Positions 38,895 through 47,409 of a stretch of 64,000 bases of DNA are shown here, in pieces; the stretch's first letter is position 1; every line of letters begins with the position of its first letter. Position numbers and translations under genes: made by a program. The notes beneath the pieces are model-generated. The model was not told where the DNA came from. It did not search any database and saw nothing but the letters and a program-made list of their open reading frames with translations. The DNA comes from an uncultured Anaerolineaceae bacterium (GTDB lineage Bacteria > Chloroflexota > Anaerolineae > Anaerolineales > DRKV01): assembly GCA_964524425.1 (NCBI GenBank), contig CAZGDA010000001.1, positions 834-64,833 of the forward strand. The letters are read 5' to 3'.

Positions 38895-39242
38895 TTAGAC
38901 CATTCTGGAAAATGTGTAGTAGGCGTAAGGGGGCGGCATGGCTTTGTTCGCGAAGCGCCCGTGCACCACACTGTCATCTTGCAGGAAAAAGACCACCACG
39001 ATCTCCTTTTCTGGGTCGTAGGCGTTTACTGCTCTTTCCACTTCGGCGTTGGGATAATTGTTATAGCCGTAATCGGATAATCGCGGTACGTACATGGGGA
39101 AATTGTAACCAGGGGCAAAAACGACGGCACCACGGTCGTGTATTTTAAAACCTGCGTAAGCAAGCCCAGCCGTGCCGGGCCAGGTATCCAGAATGAATTG
39201 CTGGCGTCCGACGGGAGTTTTTAAGTCATAACTGGTGCGCAT
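38895..39242 (-). CDS. Small hypothetical protein, tandem paralog A (115 aa)
   Basis: Shares TWPGTAGLAYAG-K--DRGAVVFAPG---PMYVP ... YDPEKEIV--FF with the neighbouring ORF; no family recognised. Confidence 0.6.
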   Translation of the reverse strand: MRTSYDLKTPVGRQQFILDTWPGTAGLAYAGFKIHDRGAVVFAPGYNFPMYVPRLSDYGYNNYPNAEVERAVNAYDPEKEIVVVFFLQDDSVVHGRFANKAMPPPYAYYTFSRMV

Positions 39243-39252
39243 AGTCCCACTC

Positions 39253-39588
39253 TTAAAGCATCTTTACGAACAACTGGAAAGCTTTCGCCGGGGGAAGGCT
39301 GTCCACAGCGTGGCGTTCGTAAATCGTATCCGAATTGTAGATGAAGAAAATCGCCACGATTTCCTTTTCCGGGTCGTAATTCTGCACAAACTGGACGATG
39401 TTCGGGTTGCCGTAATCGTTACCCTTTAACGGAACGTACATGGGTCGGTCGTGCCCGGGCGCAAAGACGACCGCCCCGCGATCGTAGGCTTTGTAGCCTG
39501 CGTAGGCTAACCCGGCTGTGCCGGGCCAGGTGTTGATGATGAATTCACGCCGTCCTTCGGCGGTGGTTAAATCGTATTTCCGAACCAT
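39253..39588 (-). CDS. Small hypothetical protein, tandem paralog B (111 aa)
   Basis: Paralog of 38895-39242, 10-nt spacing, same strand. Confidence 0.6.
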   Translation of the reverse strand: MVRKYDLTTAEGRREFIINTWPGTAGLAYAGYKAYDRGAVVFAPGHDRPMYVPLKGNDYGNPNIVQFVQNYDPEKEIVAIFFIYNSDTIYERHAVDSLPPAKAFQLFVKML

Positions 39589-39722
39589 CCGTGTTTCATC
39601 CCCATAGTATTGTTTACCTTACGCTTATATTATAACCTAAGTTGGGCGAGTGTGCATCCCCAACGTGCAGAAGAAGCTGTGATTTTGCTGGCATTAAATA
39701 GCAGCCAGTTACAATTTTGGTC

Positions 39723-39771
39723 TTGACAAAATGAACTGTATTAGTGTATTATATACATATAACACTAATAC
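39723..39771 (+). promoter_or_regulatory. Promoter with overlapping inverted-repeat operator (likely YtrA-type autoregulation)
   Basis: TTGACA (39723-39728), 18-nt spacer, TATTAT (39747-39752); perfect inverted repeat GTATTAGTG (39738-39746) / CACTAATAC (39763-39771) brackets the -10. Confidence 0.55.
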
Positions 39772-39785
39772 AGGTGGTGCTGAAA

Positions 39786-40142
39786 ATGAAGTTTAACCCA
39801 ACCATACCGATCTATTTACAGATCATGGACAGTATCAAAAAGGATATTGTTACGGGTGTCCTCGCCCGCGGGGAACGGATCGAATCAGTGAGAACACTGG
39901 CGGAAAGATTTGGTGTAAACCTAAACACGATGCAACGAGCCTGCTCGGAATTGGAACGACAGCAGGTTATCTATACACAGAGAGGGGTGGGAAGTTTTGT
40001 TACGGAGAGTGAATCGGTAATTTCTTCCCTAAAGCAAGAGATGTCCTCCACTATGGTAGATATGTTCCTGGAGGAAATGCGTAGTATTGGATATAGCAAT
40101 CAAGAAATAATGAAAATTCTCGGAGAAGCAATTCAAATATGA
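39786..40142 (+). CDS. GntR-family transcriptional regulator, short YtrA-type
   Basis: 118 aa from ATG 39786; wHTH region ESVRTLAERFGVNLNTMQRACSELE; short C-terminal tail. Confidence 0.8.
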   Translation: MKFNPTIPIYLQIMDSIKKDIVTGVLARGERIESVRTLAERFGVNLNTMQRACSELERQQVIYTQRGVGSFVTESESVISSLKQEMSSTMVDMFLEEMRSIGYSNQEIMKILGEAIQI

Positions 40143-40840
40143 ATACACTTATGTCTGTAAAAGGGTTGTGTAAAAAGTTTGGCGATAAAAATGCCTTGCA
40201 GGACGTTAATTTTGATTTGATGGAAGGTCGCATCGTTGGTTTGATGGGTCCAAATGGAGCCGGGAAAACCACGTTGATTAAAACCTTGATGCAAATCTAT
40301 AAACAAGATGCCGGTGAGATCAGCATTCATGGTAAACCCCTTGGGTATGCGGCTAAACAAGAGATCGCCTATATGCCAGATCAAAACCATCTTTTCCCCT
40401 GGATGAATATTGGGGATGCCATTCATTACTACCGGGATATGTTCCCAGGTTTTGATGTTGCCAGGGCGAAAGAATTGTGTAATTTATTGCGTTTGAACGA
40501 AAAGGAGCGCGTAAAAACGTTATCCAAAGGGACGCTTGAGCGTGTGCAAATTATGCTGACGTTTGCGCGCCCAGCCAGTATTTACATCCTGGACGAACCA
40601 ATCGCCGAGATTGACCCGCTGAACAGGGATAAGATCCTTAAAATCATCCTCGGCGGTGTTAATGAACGCAGCACGGTCATCCTCTCTACTCACCTGGTTA
40701 AGGACGTGGAGACAATTGTGGATGATGTCTTGTTCCTGCACGAAGGTCGCCTGGCGCTTGTTGAAACTGCGGAAAATATACGCGCCCAACGCGGTATGTC
40801 TATTGAAGAATGTTACCTGGAGGTATATAAGAATGTTTAA
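40139..40840 (+). CDS. ABC transporter ATP-binding protein
   Basis: GPNGAGKTT, LSKGTLERVQI and ILDEP; ATGA overlap with the GntR gene. Confidence 0.85.
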   Translation: MNTLMSVKGLCKKFGDKNALQDVNFDLMEGRIVGLMGPNGAGKTTLIKTLMQIYKQDAGEISIHGKPLGYAAKQEIAYMPDQNHLFPWMNIGDAIHYYRDMFPGFDVARAKELCNLLRLNEKERVKTLSKGTLERVQIMLTFARPASIYILDEPIAEIDPLNRDKILKIILGGVNERSTVILSTHLVKDVETIVDDVLFLHEGRLALVETAENIRAQRGMSIEECYLEVYKNV

Positions 40841-41570
40841 CTTGATCAAGTGGAATTCCATTGATTTTTTCCGGAACAGTTCCTGGGTGTGGATTGGGAT
40901 GGCGGTGAGTCTCCTTCTGGCGTTGATTCCGATCAATGGGAATGGTGTCTGGAACGCATCCATGATTTTATTATCTGGAACGATTGGGATTATCGTATTC
41001 CAGGCGGGAATTGTGTTGGCGCTATTTTTCTGCTTTCGCTGGCTAGAGAAAGCAAGCCATTTGTTGGAACTCTCCCTGCCGTTTTCTGCGTGGAAAATTT
41101 TATTCGCCAAACTATTGGTGGCAGGATTTGTGAATCTTGTGTCTGGTTTGTTTTTGATGCAATTGTGGGTGGTCATGGGCAAGTATAAGACAGGCGCGTT
41201 GCAATTGCTTTCCCTGGGGAATTTGAAAAGTGTTGCTGGTCTGGCGCTATTTTTGATGGTGGTGGATTGCACAATTTTATTATCGTACCTCGTATCGAAG
41301 AGTATGCGCATGCGGCGGGGTATGTCCCTGTTGGTAACCGGAGGATTGAGTTTGGTGATTTTCGGAGCCGTAACCGTCGGGGTTGTTACCTTGATGGCGG
41401 TCAGCGGTGTTTTGATCTTACCCGTCGTCAGCGGGACGGGTATTCTCACCATCAACGGGTCCTTGCAAGTGCTTTCCACCCTCGTGCCGGTTTGCGTGGG
41501 GCTGGGGGTTGTCCTTCTGGAATACGCCGGCAGTTGTCTTCTGCTTACTTACAGTTTCCAGGAGAGTTAA
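40833..41570 (+). CDS. Polytopic membrane protein, presumed permease partner of the ABC ATPase
   Basis: ATG 40833 overlaps the ATPase stop by 8 nt; about 6 TM helices; no recognisable family motif. Confidence 0.6.
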   Translation: MFNLIKWNSIDFFRNSSWVWIGMAVSLLLALIPINGNGVWNASMILLSGTIGIIVFQAGIVLALFFCFRWLEKASHLLELSLPFSAWKILFAKLLVAGFVNLVSGLFLMQLWVVMGKYKTGALQLLSLGNLKSVAGLALFLMVVDCTILLSYLVSKSMRMRRGMSLLVTGGLSLVIFGAVTVGVVTLMAVSGVLILPVVSGTGILTINGSLQVLSTLVPVCVGLGVVLLEYAGSCLLLTYSFQES

Positions 41571-41838
41571 CCTGTGGTTAGGTCGTTGGTGTCCAAGTTG
41601 GAGAATGCCTGAAGAAAAGCGGGACCATCCAGGAAAAATCGTACTTCCAATACAAGTAGTCCATTAACAAGCGGCGAGTAATCTTACTTAAATGCCGCAG
41701 GGCAGCGCCTTACGTACTCTGAAAACTGTGTTTCATGAGGATGGGCGTGCCATGCCTAAATTCTGGTGTGGGAAGCAGGCTGGGAGACGCCTTTGCTGGT
41801 GCTGCCTGGAAATTCGTAAAAAGAAAAGGAAAATCATT

Positions 41839-42672
41839 ATGAACAAATTACAAAGCATTGTTTTTCAGCACCCGTTGCTGTTTTCGGGTCTGGTAATGGT
41901 CGTGGCGACCGCGCTGACGGAAATCCAGCTCGCCGGCAGCCTGACTGGTTACATGAGTTATCAGAGCGCCCATTATCTGAGTGGGATTATCGAACAAGGC
42001 GGCGTCAGCATTCTGCTGGGTGTTCTCTTGCACAAACTGGGTATGGCAGACGAAGCCGGTTTCGTCAAACCGAAACAGTGGAAGAGTATGTGGCTGATTT
42101 GGCCGATCTTCGTCTACAGCATCCTCAACTGCGGCACTTCGCCATTTGACGGTACTTTGACCTTTGATACCAGTAAGCCTGGTCTCTTCGTGCTGTTCTT
42201 TTTATTGTACGTATCGGTCGGGTTCTTCGAGGAGATCGTGATGCGCAGTTTGGTATTAAATCTGATGCTGCGAAAGTGGGGCTTTACCCGCAAGGGCGTC
42301 TATCTGGCGGTGCTGTTGTCAAGCTCCATATTCGGCTTATTGCACTTGATGAATTATTTCATGGGCAGGCGCACTCTGCTAGCGACAGTTTCCCAAGTCA
42401 TCTTCGGCACTTTCTTCGGCGTCTTTTTTGCCGCCTGTTTCCTGCGCAGCAAGACGGTCTGGTCGGTGATCTTCGCACACGCTTTGTTCGACCTGTGCGG
42501 GAATATTGAGGACATCGCCGTAGGCGGAACTTTTAACCAGGTTGCAGACTTCAGCCTACAGGAGGCTGCCATCGTTGTAATAGTTCTTTTCCCATTGATG
42601 CTATATGGTCTCTTTCTCTTACGCAAAGTTGATCCTATTCCACAGAAACCTGAATTGCTTGTGGAGACGTAA
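41839..42672 (+). CDS. CPBP-family intramembrane glutamic endopeptidase (CAAX protease / Abi type)
   Basis: FEEIVMRS (EExxxR), FGLLHL and HALFD motifs; ATG 41839 (MNKLQS) preferred over the in-frame upstream extension from 41692. Confidence 0.75.
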   Translation: MNKLQSIVFQHPLLFSGLVMVVATALTEIQLAGSLTGYMSYQSAHYLSGIIEQGGVSILLGVLLHKLGMADEAGFVKPKQWKSMWLIWPIFVYSILNCGTSPFDGTLTFDTSKPGLFVLFFLLYVSVGFFEEIVMRSLVLNLMLRKWGFTRKGVYLAVLLSSSIFGLLHLMNYFMGRRTLLATVSQVIFGTFFGVFFAACFLRSKTVWSVIFAHALFDLCGNIEDIAVGGTFNQVADFSLQEAAIVVIVLFPLMLYGLFLLRKVDPIPQKPELLVET

Positions 42673-42741
42673 GAGGAGGAAGTGTTTTATCCTGCGCTGC
42701 AGTTTGGTGAAGGGATAATACAATAAGTTCAGCAAAAGTTG

Positions 42742-42766
42742 TAGCCCCGACCGCCGGTCGGGGCTA
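42742..42766. terminator. Bidirectional terminator hairpin between convergent genes
   Basis: TAGCCCCGACC-gcc-GGTCGGGGCTA, 11-bp GC-rich stem. Confidence 0.55.
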
Positions 42767-42769
42767 TCA

Positions 42770-43426
42770 TTATTTCCGGGCAAGGATGAAATAATTCAGC
42801 GGCGCAGGGTGCAGGGTGTAAGTCTCTACGATGGTTAGTTCGTGTTGTTCAAATTTCTTCTGCAAGTCGTCTTTTTTATATAAATTTAGGAAGGGAATGT
42901 TGCCCAGCTTGTGCAGCAGCCATTCCACCGCCAGGGTGAGGTAAGCAAGCAAAGAGACCGGTTCGGCTAGGCAATCGGTTGCGGAAACGATGCAACCGCC
43001 CGGCTTCAGCAGACGGCAGGCTTCTTTCAGCAGTGTATCGGGTTCCTTGACGATGTGCAGGACGTTAAACAGTAAAACCTGGTCGAAAGTCTCGTCTTCA
43101 AAAGGCAGGGAATAACCGTCGGCGGTTTGAAAGCTGACGTTATGAATGGCTTGTTGGGCGGCTTTGGCTTGGGCGATGGCGATCATGTTGGGGGATATGT
43201 CCACCCCGACGACCCGCTTGACGCGCCGGGCAATTCCCAGGGCGATGATGCCCGTGCCGCAGCCAATTTCCAGCACTTCATGTGTCTCTGATGAAAGCGC
43301 GCCCGTGCGCAGGACGGATTCTGCGTAGGCGGCTTTGAAGGTTTTCAGGTTGCTGCGATCGTAGCCTGCGGCGAGTTTATCCCACAGAGTTCTCTCTTTT
43401 TCTTGACGGATGGCGTTGTTTGGCAT
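42770..43426 (-). CDS. Class I SAM-dependent methyltransferase
   Basis: VLEIGCGTGIIAL motif I; start taken at ATG 43426 (MPNNAIRQ), ORF extends to 43495. Confidence 0.75.
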   Translation of the reverse strand: MPNNAIRQEKERTLWDKLAAGYDRSNLKTFKAAYAESVLRTGALSSETHEVLEIGCGTGIIALGIARRVKRVVGVDISPNMIAIAQAKAAQQAIHNVSFQTADGYSLPFEDETFDQVLLFNVLHIVKEPDTLLKEACRLLKPGGCIVSATDCLAEPVSLLAYLTLAVEWLLHKLGNIPFLNLYKKDDLQKKFEQHELTIVETYTLHPAPLNYFILARK

Positions 43427-43567
43427 GTCTTTTGTGTCCTCTCTAGATTGAAGATGATGGCGAGGTTTTTGGCGCGTTGCTATGGCGAGATTCATCTCGG
43501 GTTACGATGACGAGATAAAATCTCGCGTTGCGGCGGCGGAGAAAACTCCGCTCACGCAAGCTCAACC

Positions 43568-43813
43568 CTAATGGTGGCAGGTGGCGCAACTGGAAGAGGA
43601 GCACGAGCCGCACCCGCACCCTGCGCCACTCGCGCCGGAGATGGCTCTCGTTTCCGCGCCCGCAGCGCTGAACGCGTTCACCTTGCTCACCATACGGCTG
43701 GTGTGATGGCTCTCGCAATGCGGGCAGGGCGTATTCTTATCCGCTTCCGACATTCTGCGGATGAGTTCAAATTTGTGGCTGCACTGATGGCATTGATATT
43801 CGTAAATTGGCAT
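43568..43813 (-). CDS. FmdB-family zinc-ribbon protein (CxxC_CxxC_SSSS type)
   Basis: MPIYEYQCHQCSHKFE...CPHC plus a Gly/Ser/Cys-rich tail. Confidence 0.8.
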   Translation of the reverse strand: MPIYEYQCHQCSHKFELIRRMSEADKNTPCPHCESHHTSRMVSKVNAFSAAGAETRAISGASGAGCGCGSCSSSSCATCHH

Positions 43814-43860
43814 TCTATGTTCCTTGGTTTAAAAACTCTTCGCCCAATCGTCCAGGGCGT

Positions 43861-44433
43861 TTATTCGTGAAATTCTTCCACCTGATAAATGGACACTTGC
43901 AGCGTTTTCTTGCGCCACAGGTCGGCGGGTGCACCCATCTTTTCGCACAGGTGATTGAGAAAAACGCTGGGGGTGGGCAGTTTCTCCCACACCTGGGGTA
44001 AAAATGTGGCTCTGCGCTGCCCGTCGCGCAGAATGACTCCGTCCACGTTCGGGCGCAGGTGTTCCAGCAATTCCTGGGGTGTGGTGTAGGACAGGGGCAC
44101 CGGTTTGGTCAGGCGCGAGATTTCAATTTCGATGCTATTCAACTCTTTCGGCTGCACGGAAGCGAAGCGGTAATCGTGCAGGGCGGCGTCCACGGCGTGG
44201 GCGCGCACGTCTTCGGCAAGGGGCTGATAAGCTTCTAGTGTGCCGATGCAGCCGCGTAATTGTTTGTGGATGGTCAGGGTAACGAAGCAGGCGCCTGTTT
44301 GGCGCAAAGCCTCAGGCAGCGCTTCTAAATCCAGCGTTGCGAGGGGGCGCTCGTTCACACTATCCTCCAGCGCCTGACGGGCAATGCGCAGCAGGATGTG
44401 CTTTTCTTCTTGCGTCAAACCTTCATCGGGCAT
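43861..44433 (-). CDS. AMMECR1-domain protein
   Basis: 190 aa; GACFVTL...LRGCIGTLEA core motif. Confidence 0.8.
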   Translation of the reverse strand: MPDEGLTQEEKHILLRIARQALEDSVNERPLATLDLEALPEALRQTGACFVTLTIHKQLRGCIGTLEAYQPLAEDVRAHAVDAALHDYRFASVQPKELNSIEIEISRLTKPVPLSYTTPQELLEHLRPNVDGVILRDGQRRATFLPQVWEKLPTPSVFLNHLCEKMGAPADLWRKKTLQVSIYQVEEFHE

Positions 44434-44473
44434 ATAACTTGCACTCCATAAGCAGTGTCGAGGTTCTCACATT

Positions 44474-44493
44474 TGCTAAAATGATGATACAAT
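44474..44493 (+). promoter_or_regulatory. Two adjacent extended -10-like elements
   Basis: TGcTAAAAT (44474-44482) and TGaTACAAT (44485-44493), upstream of ATG 44557. Confidence 0.3.
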
Positions 44494-44556
44494 CATGGCA
44501 AGAATTCGTCAAGAGGAATCTCGCTTTTGTAACCGGTTTGATGAAAGGTTCGTTTT

Positions 44557-45426
44557 GTGAGAATGACTATGGAAAGACAAGTAGAACAACCATCCTTACA
44601 TTCTGCCAGCCAGGCTGCCAACCAGCAAACCAGCCGTGACCCCATTATGGAGACGTTCCGTATCCTTCAGGAAGTGGTGGTCATCGCCCTGTTGCTGGCT
44701 ACGGTTTACACTGCCTGGTCGCCCTCGGGTTTGTTTAGCGGGAATGTACAAGAACAGTTTCCCAATCTAATGAGTCAGGCATCTGGCGAGGGTGGCGTAC
44801 CTGGTGCAACCCCGACGGCGCGCCCGCGTCGCGTCGGCATCATCGCCGGGCACTGGGGCAACGATTCTGGTGCGGTTTGTCCTGACGGATTGCGCGAGGT
44901 GGACTTAAACCTGGATTTTGCCACGCGCGTGCAGCAAAATTTGGAAGCCATGGGCATTCCAACCGATTTGCTCAGGGAAAAAGACCCCAAGTTAAGCGGG
45001 TACGTTGGAACTGTGCTCGTTTCCATCCACAACGACTCGTGTGATTATTATTCTGATTCCCTGACCGGTTTTAAAGTGGCTGGAAACGATTATTATAACG
45101 GCAACGCCACCCGCCTGGTGGCGTGTATGAATAACCGTTACGCCAGGGATACCGGTTTACCACGCCATGGCACCACGATCACGTCGCACATGACCGATTA
45201 TCACGTCTTCGACCCGGAAAACCCAACCGGAATTAACCCAGACACACCCGCGGCGATCATCGAAACAGGATTCATGAATCTGGACCGCCAGTTCCTCACC
45301 ACGCACCCCGACCTGGTGGCGAAGGGGGTTACGGATGGGATTTTGTGCTTTATCAATTATGAAGACATTGAGCCGGCGTCTCCACCTGCTCCCAGCGTAT
45401 CGCAAACAGACGTGCCCCAGCCATGA
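44557..45426 (+). CDS. Membrane-anchored N-acetylmuramoyl-L-alanine amidase (Amidase_3)
   Basis: One TM helix, then IIAGHWGNDSGA, VSIHNDS and ETGFMN zinc-amidase motifs. Confidence 0.8.
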   Translation: MRMTMERQVEQPSLHSASQAANQQTSRDPIMETFRILQEVVVIALLLATVYTAWSPSGLFSGNVQEQFPNLMSQASGEGGVPGATPTARPRRVGIIAGHWGNDSGAVCPDGLREVDLNLDFATRVQQNLEAMGIPTDLLREKDPKLSGYVGTVLVSIHNDSCDYYSDSLTGFKVAGNDYYNGNATRLVACMNNRYARDTGLPRHGTTITSHMTDYHVFDPENPTGINPDTPAAIIETGFMNLDRQFLTTHPDLVAKGVTDGILCFINYEDIEPASPPAPSVSQTDVPQP

Positions 45427-46676
45427 TCGAGGACGCATCCAGCCAGTTTAAGCAGGCGCTGCGAGAAGCCCAACAGGCGTTGCGGGCAGGTGATTCTTCT
45501 GCTGCGCGGCACTGGGCAAAACGCGCCCTGGCTCTGGCGCCCGAGCGCGAGGAAGGCTGGCTTTTGATGGCGCGGGTTGCCAGCCCGCGCGCCAGTGTGG
45601 CTTATTTGGAGCAGGCGCTTAAACTAAACCCGCACAGCCAGCGTGCCCGCCAGGGAATGCACTGGGCGGTGCAAAGGCTGCGCCAACAGGAACAGGCGCA
45701 AGCCTTGACACAAAAAGCATCTGCGCAACCCCGACGTAGACAGGCAGACCGCCCCTATCAGACAGACCCTTTTCCGGCTGTTCCAGACCTTGACCTGCTC
45801 AACGGCAGCGCGGTTGATTTTTTCTCTCCCATCCCAGGATACGATACGGGCAGCGCACTGCCGCGCCGTCCTCGTCGTCGTCCGCGCCGTTCTCTCAGCC
45901 GTTTCCTTCCCCTGTGGGCAATTCTCGTCTTGCTCTTGGGGGTAGTTGGGTTCTTTGCTTACCCGCCCATGGCGCGCGTGTTTGGGCGTTCAAACGTGTT
46001 CACGTATAACGCGGTCAACCTGATCATGCCGACCCTGACGCCGACTATCACACCCACACCCACGGCGACGGCTACTTTTACGCCAACGCCGACTGACGTA
46101 GGGGCCGAACGGCCCGCCTATATCGGGACCCTCGTCCCACCGGATACCCCTCCCCCTCCCCCACCCCCGCCGCTTCCCCCGACGCCAACCGAACTGCCTA
46201 CGCAAACTCCCTTGCCAACGTTGACTTTCACTCCTACTCTCACACCGACGGTTACGCTGACGCCTTCACCCACCAGCACGTTTACACCCACGATGCCTGC
46301 TCTGCCGGAGGGAATAAAACCGGACGCCGGCTGGATTGACGTGAATCTCAGCGAGCAGCGCCTTTACGTATACCAGGGCACGCGTCTGCTCAATTCTTTT
46401 GAAATATCCTCCGGGGCAGCGGAAACGCAAACCTTACCGGGTAGCTTCCGTATTTACGCCAAGAACAAAGCCTCTAACATGATGGGGCAGGAATACGACG
46501 TTCCGGCAGTGCCATACGTTTTGTTTTACGATAAGGATTTTGCCTTACACGGCGCATATTGGCACGATGAGTTTGGCAAACCGGTCAGTCATGGCTGCGT
46601 GAATCTGCGCGTGGACGACGCGCGCTGGATATTCGATTGGGCGCCCATCGGAACGCTGGTCAAGATCCACTATTAA
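45423..46676 (+). CDS. L,D-transpeptidase (YkuD) with N-terminal TPR-like region and Pro/Thr linker
   Basis: C-terminal LHGAYWHDEFGKPVSHGCVNL catalytic motif; TM helix; long TPTPT linker; ATGA overlap with the amidase gene. Confidence 0.8.
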   Translation: MIEDASSQFKQALREAQQALRAGDSSAARHWAKRALALAPEREEGWLLMARVASPRASVAYLEQALKLNPHSQRARQGMHWAVQRLRQQEQAQALTQKASAQPRRRQADRPYQTDPFPAVPDLDLLNGSAVDFFSPIPGYDTGSALPRRPRRRPRRSLSRFLPLWAILVLLLGVVGFFAYPPMARVFGRSNVFTYNAVNLIMPTLTPTITPTPTATATFTPTPTDVGAERPAYIGTLVPPDTPPPPPPPPLPPTPTELPTQTPLPTLTFTPTLTPTVTLTPSPTSTFTPTMPALPEGIKPDAGWIDVNLSEQRLYVYQGTRLLNSFEISSGAAETQTLPGSFRIYAKNKASNMMGQEYDVPAVPYVLFYDKDFALHGAYWHDEFGKPVSHGCVNLRVDDARWIFDWAPIGTLVKIHY

Positions 46677-46686
46677 TGATGTACGT

Positions 46687-47409
46687 ATGAAGTACGAAAT
46701 CTGGGAGTGTACACAAGCGCAGTGCGGCTTTCGGTTTCCCATCGGCGCAGACGAGGCGCAGCGTGTTGCCTGGAAGGATAAATGCCCACGCTGCGACGCG
46801 CCTGTGCAGGTATGCGGCAGGTATGACGCCGCAGGTGAGGAAAGCAACGTGCACAATTCCCCGCAGGCGCGCATAGAGAGCGGCGCGGCGCATGGCAGTT
46901 TCCCGTTCTTATTTCACGCCTTGTTGGATAATATTCGCAGCGCCTGGAACGTCGGCGCTATGCTGCGCACTGCCGATGGGGCAGGCATACAACATATTTA
47001 CCTGTGTGGGATTACTGCTGCGGCGCACCATTCAGGAGTGGTAGCCGCGGCTCTCGGCGCGCACAAAATTGTATCCAGCAGCAGCCATGCCAACGCCCTG
47101 CACACTGCACAGGCGCTCAAACAGCAGGGTTGGCAGCTTTGGGCTTTGGAATGTGGCTTGAGCGGTGCACACCCGCCGGCGTATTCTCTGCCGGAAGCGG
47201 TGGTTTGTCTGCGTGAGCTGGCTGGGGAAAGCCCCAACGGCTTGCAAATTGTCTTGGTGGTGGGCAACGAGCGCTACGGAGTTGACCCGCAGCTTGTCAG
47301 CCTGTGTGACGCGGCTTTATCAATCCCTATGCTGGGACGCAAAGGATCGCTAAACGCGGCGATCGCTTTTGGCGTCGCCGCGTATTCCCTGCGTTTTGGT
47401 GGATTATAA
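46687..47409 (+). CDS. SpoU/TrmH-family RNA 2'-O-methyltransferase with N-terminal zinc ribbon
   Basis: CTQAQC...CPRC ribbon; LVVGNERYGV and IPMLGRKGSLNAAIA SPOUT motifs. Confidence 0.75.
   Translation: MKYEIWECTQAQCGFRFPIGADEAQRVAWKDKCPRCDAPVQVCGRYDAAGEESNVHNSPQARIESGAAHGSFPFLFHALLDNIRSAWNVGAMLRTADGAGIQHIYLCGITAAAHHSGVVAAALGAHKIVSSSSHANALHTAQALKQQGWQLWALECGLSGAHPPAYSLPEAVVCLRELAGESPNGLQIVLVVGNERYGVDPQLVSLCDAALSIPMLGRKGSLNAAIAFGVAAYSLRFGGL

Noticed and set aside
41692-41838. Cys-rich peptide (FWCGKQAGRRLCWCCLE...) upstream of the CPBP gene as a bacteriocin-like precursor
   Set aside because: It is in frame with, and not separated by a stop from, the CPBP ORF. It has no SD of its own and no leader or cleavage motif. 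It is most likely untranslated 5' sequence.
43861-44433. AmmeMemoRadiSam system (AMMECR1 plus Memo plus radical SAM activase)
   Set aside because: Only the AMMECR1 gene is present here. Its neighbours are a zinc-ribbon protein and a methyltransferase, not Memo or radical SAM partners.
47404-47409. Convergent TrmH-like and vWA-FHA genes sharing the palindrome TTATAA as overlapping stop codons
   Set aside because: The observation is real but most simply a compaction curiosity. I see no functional implication to propose.
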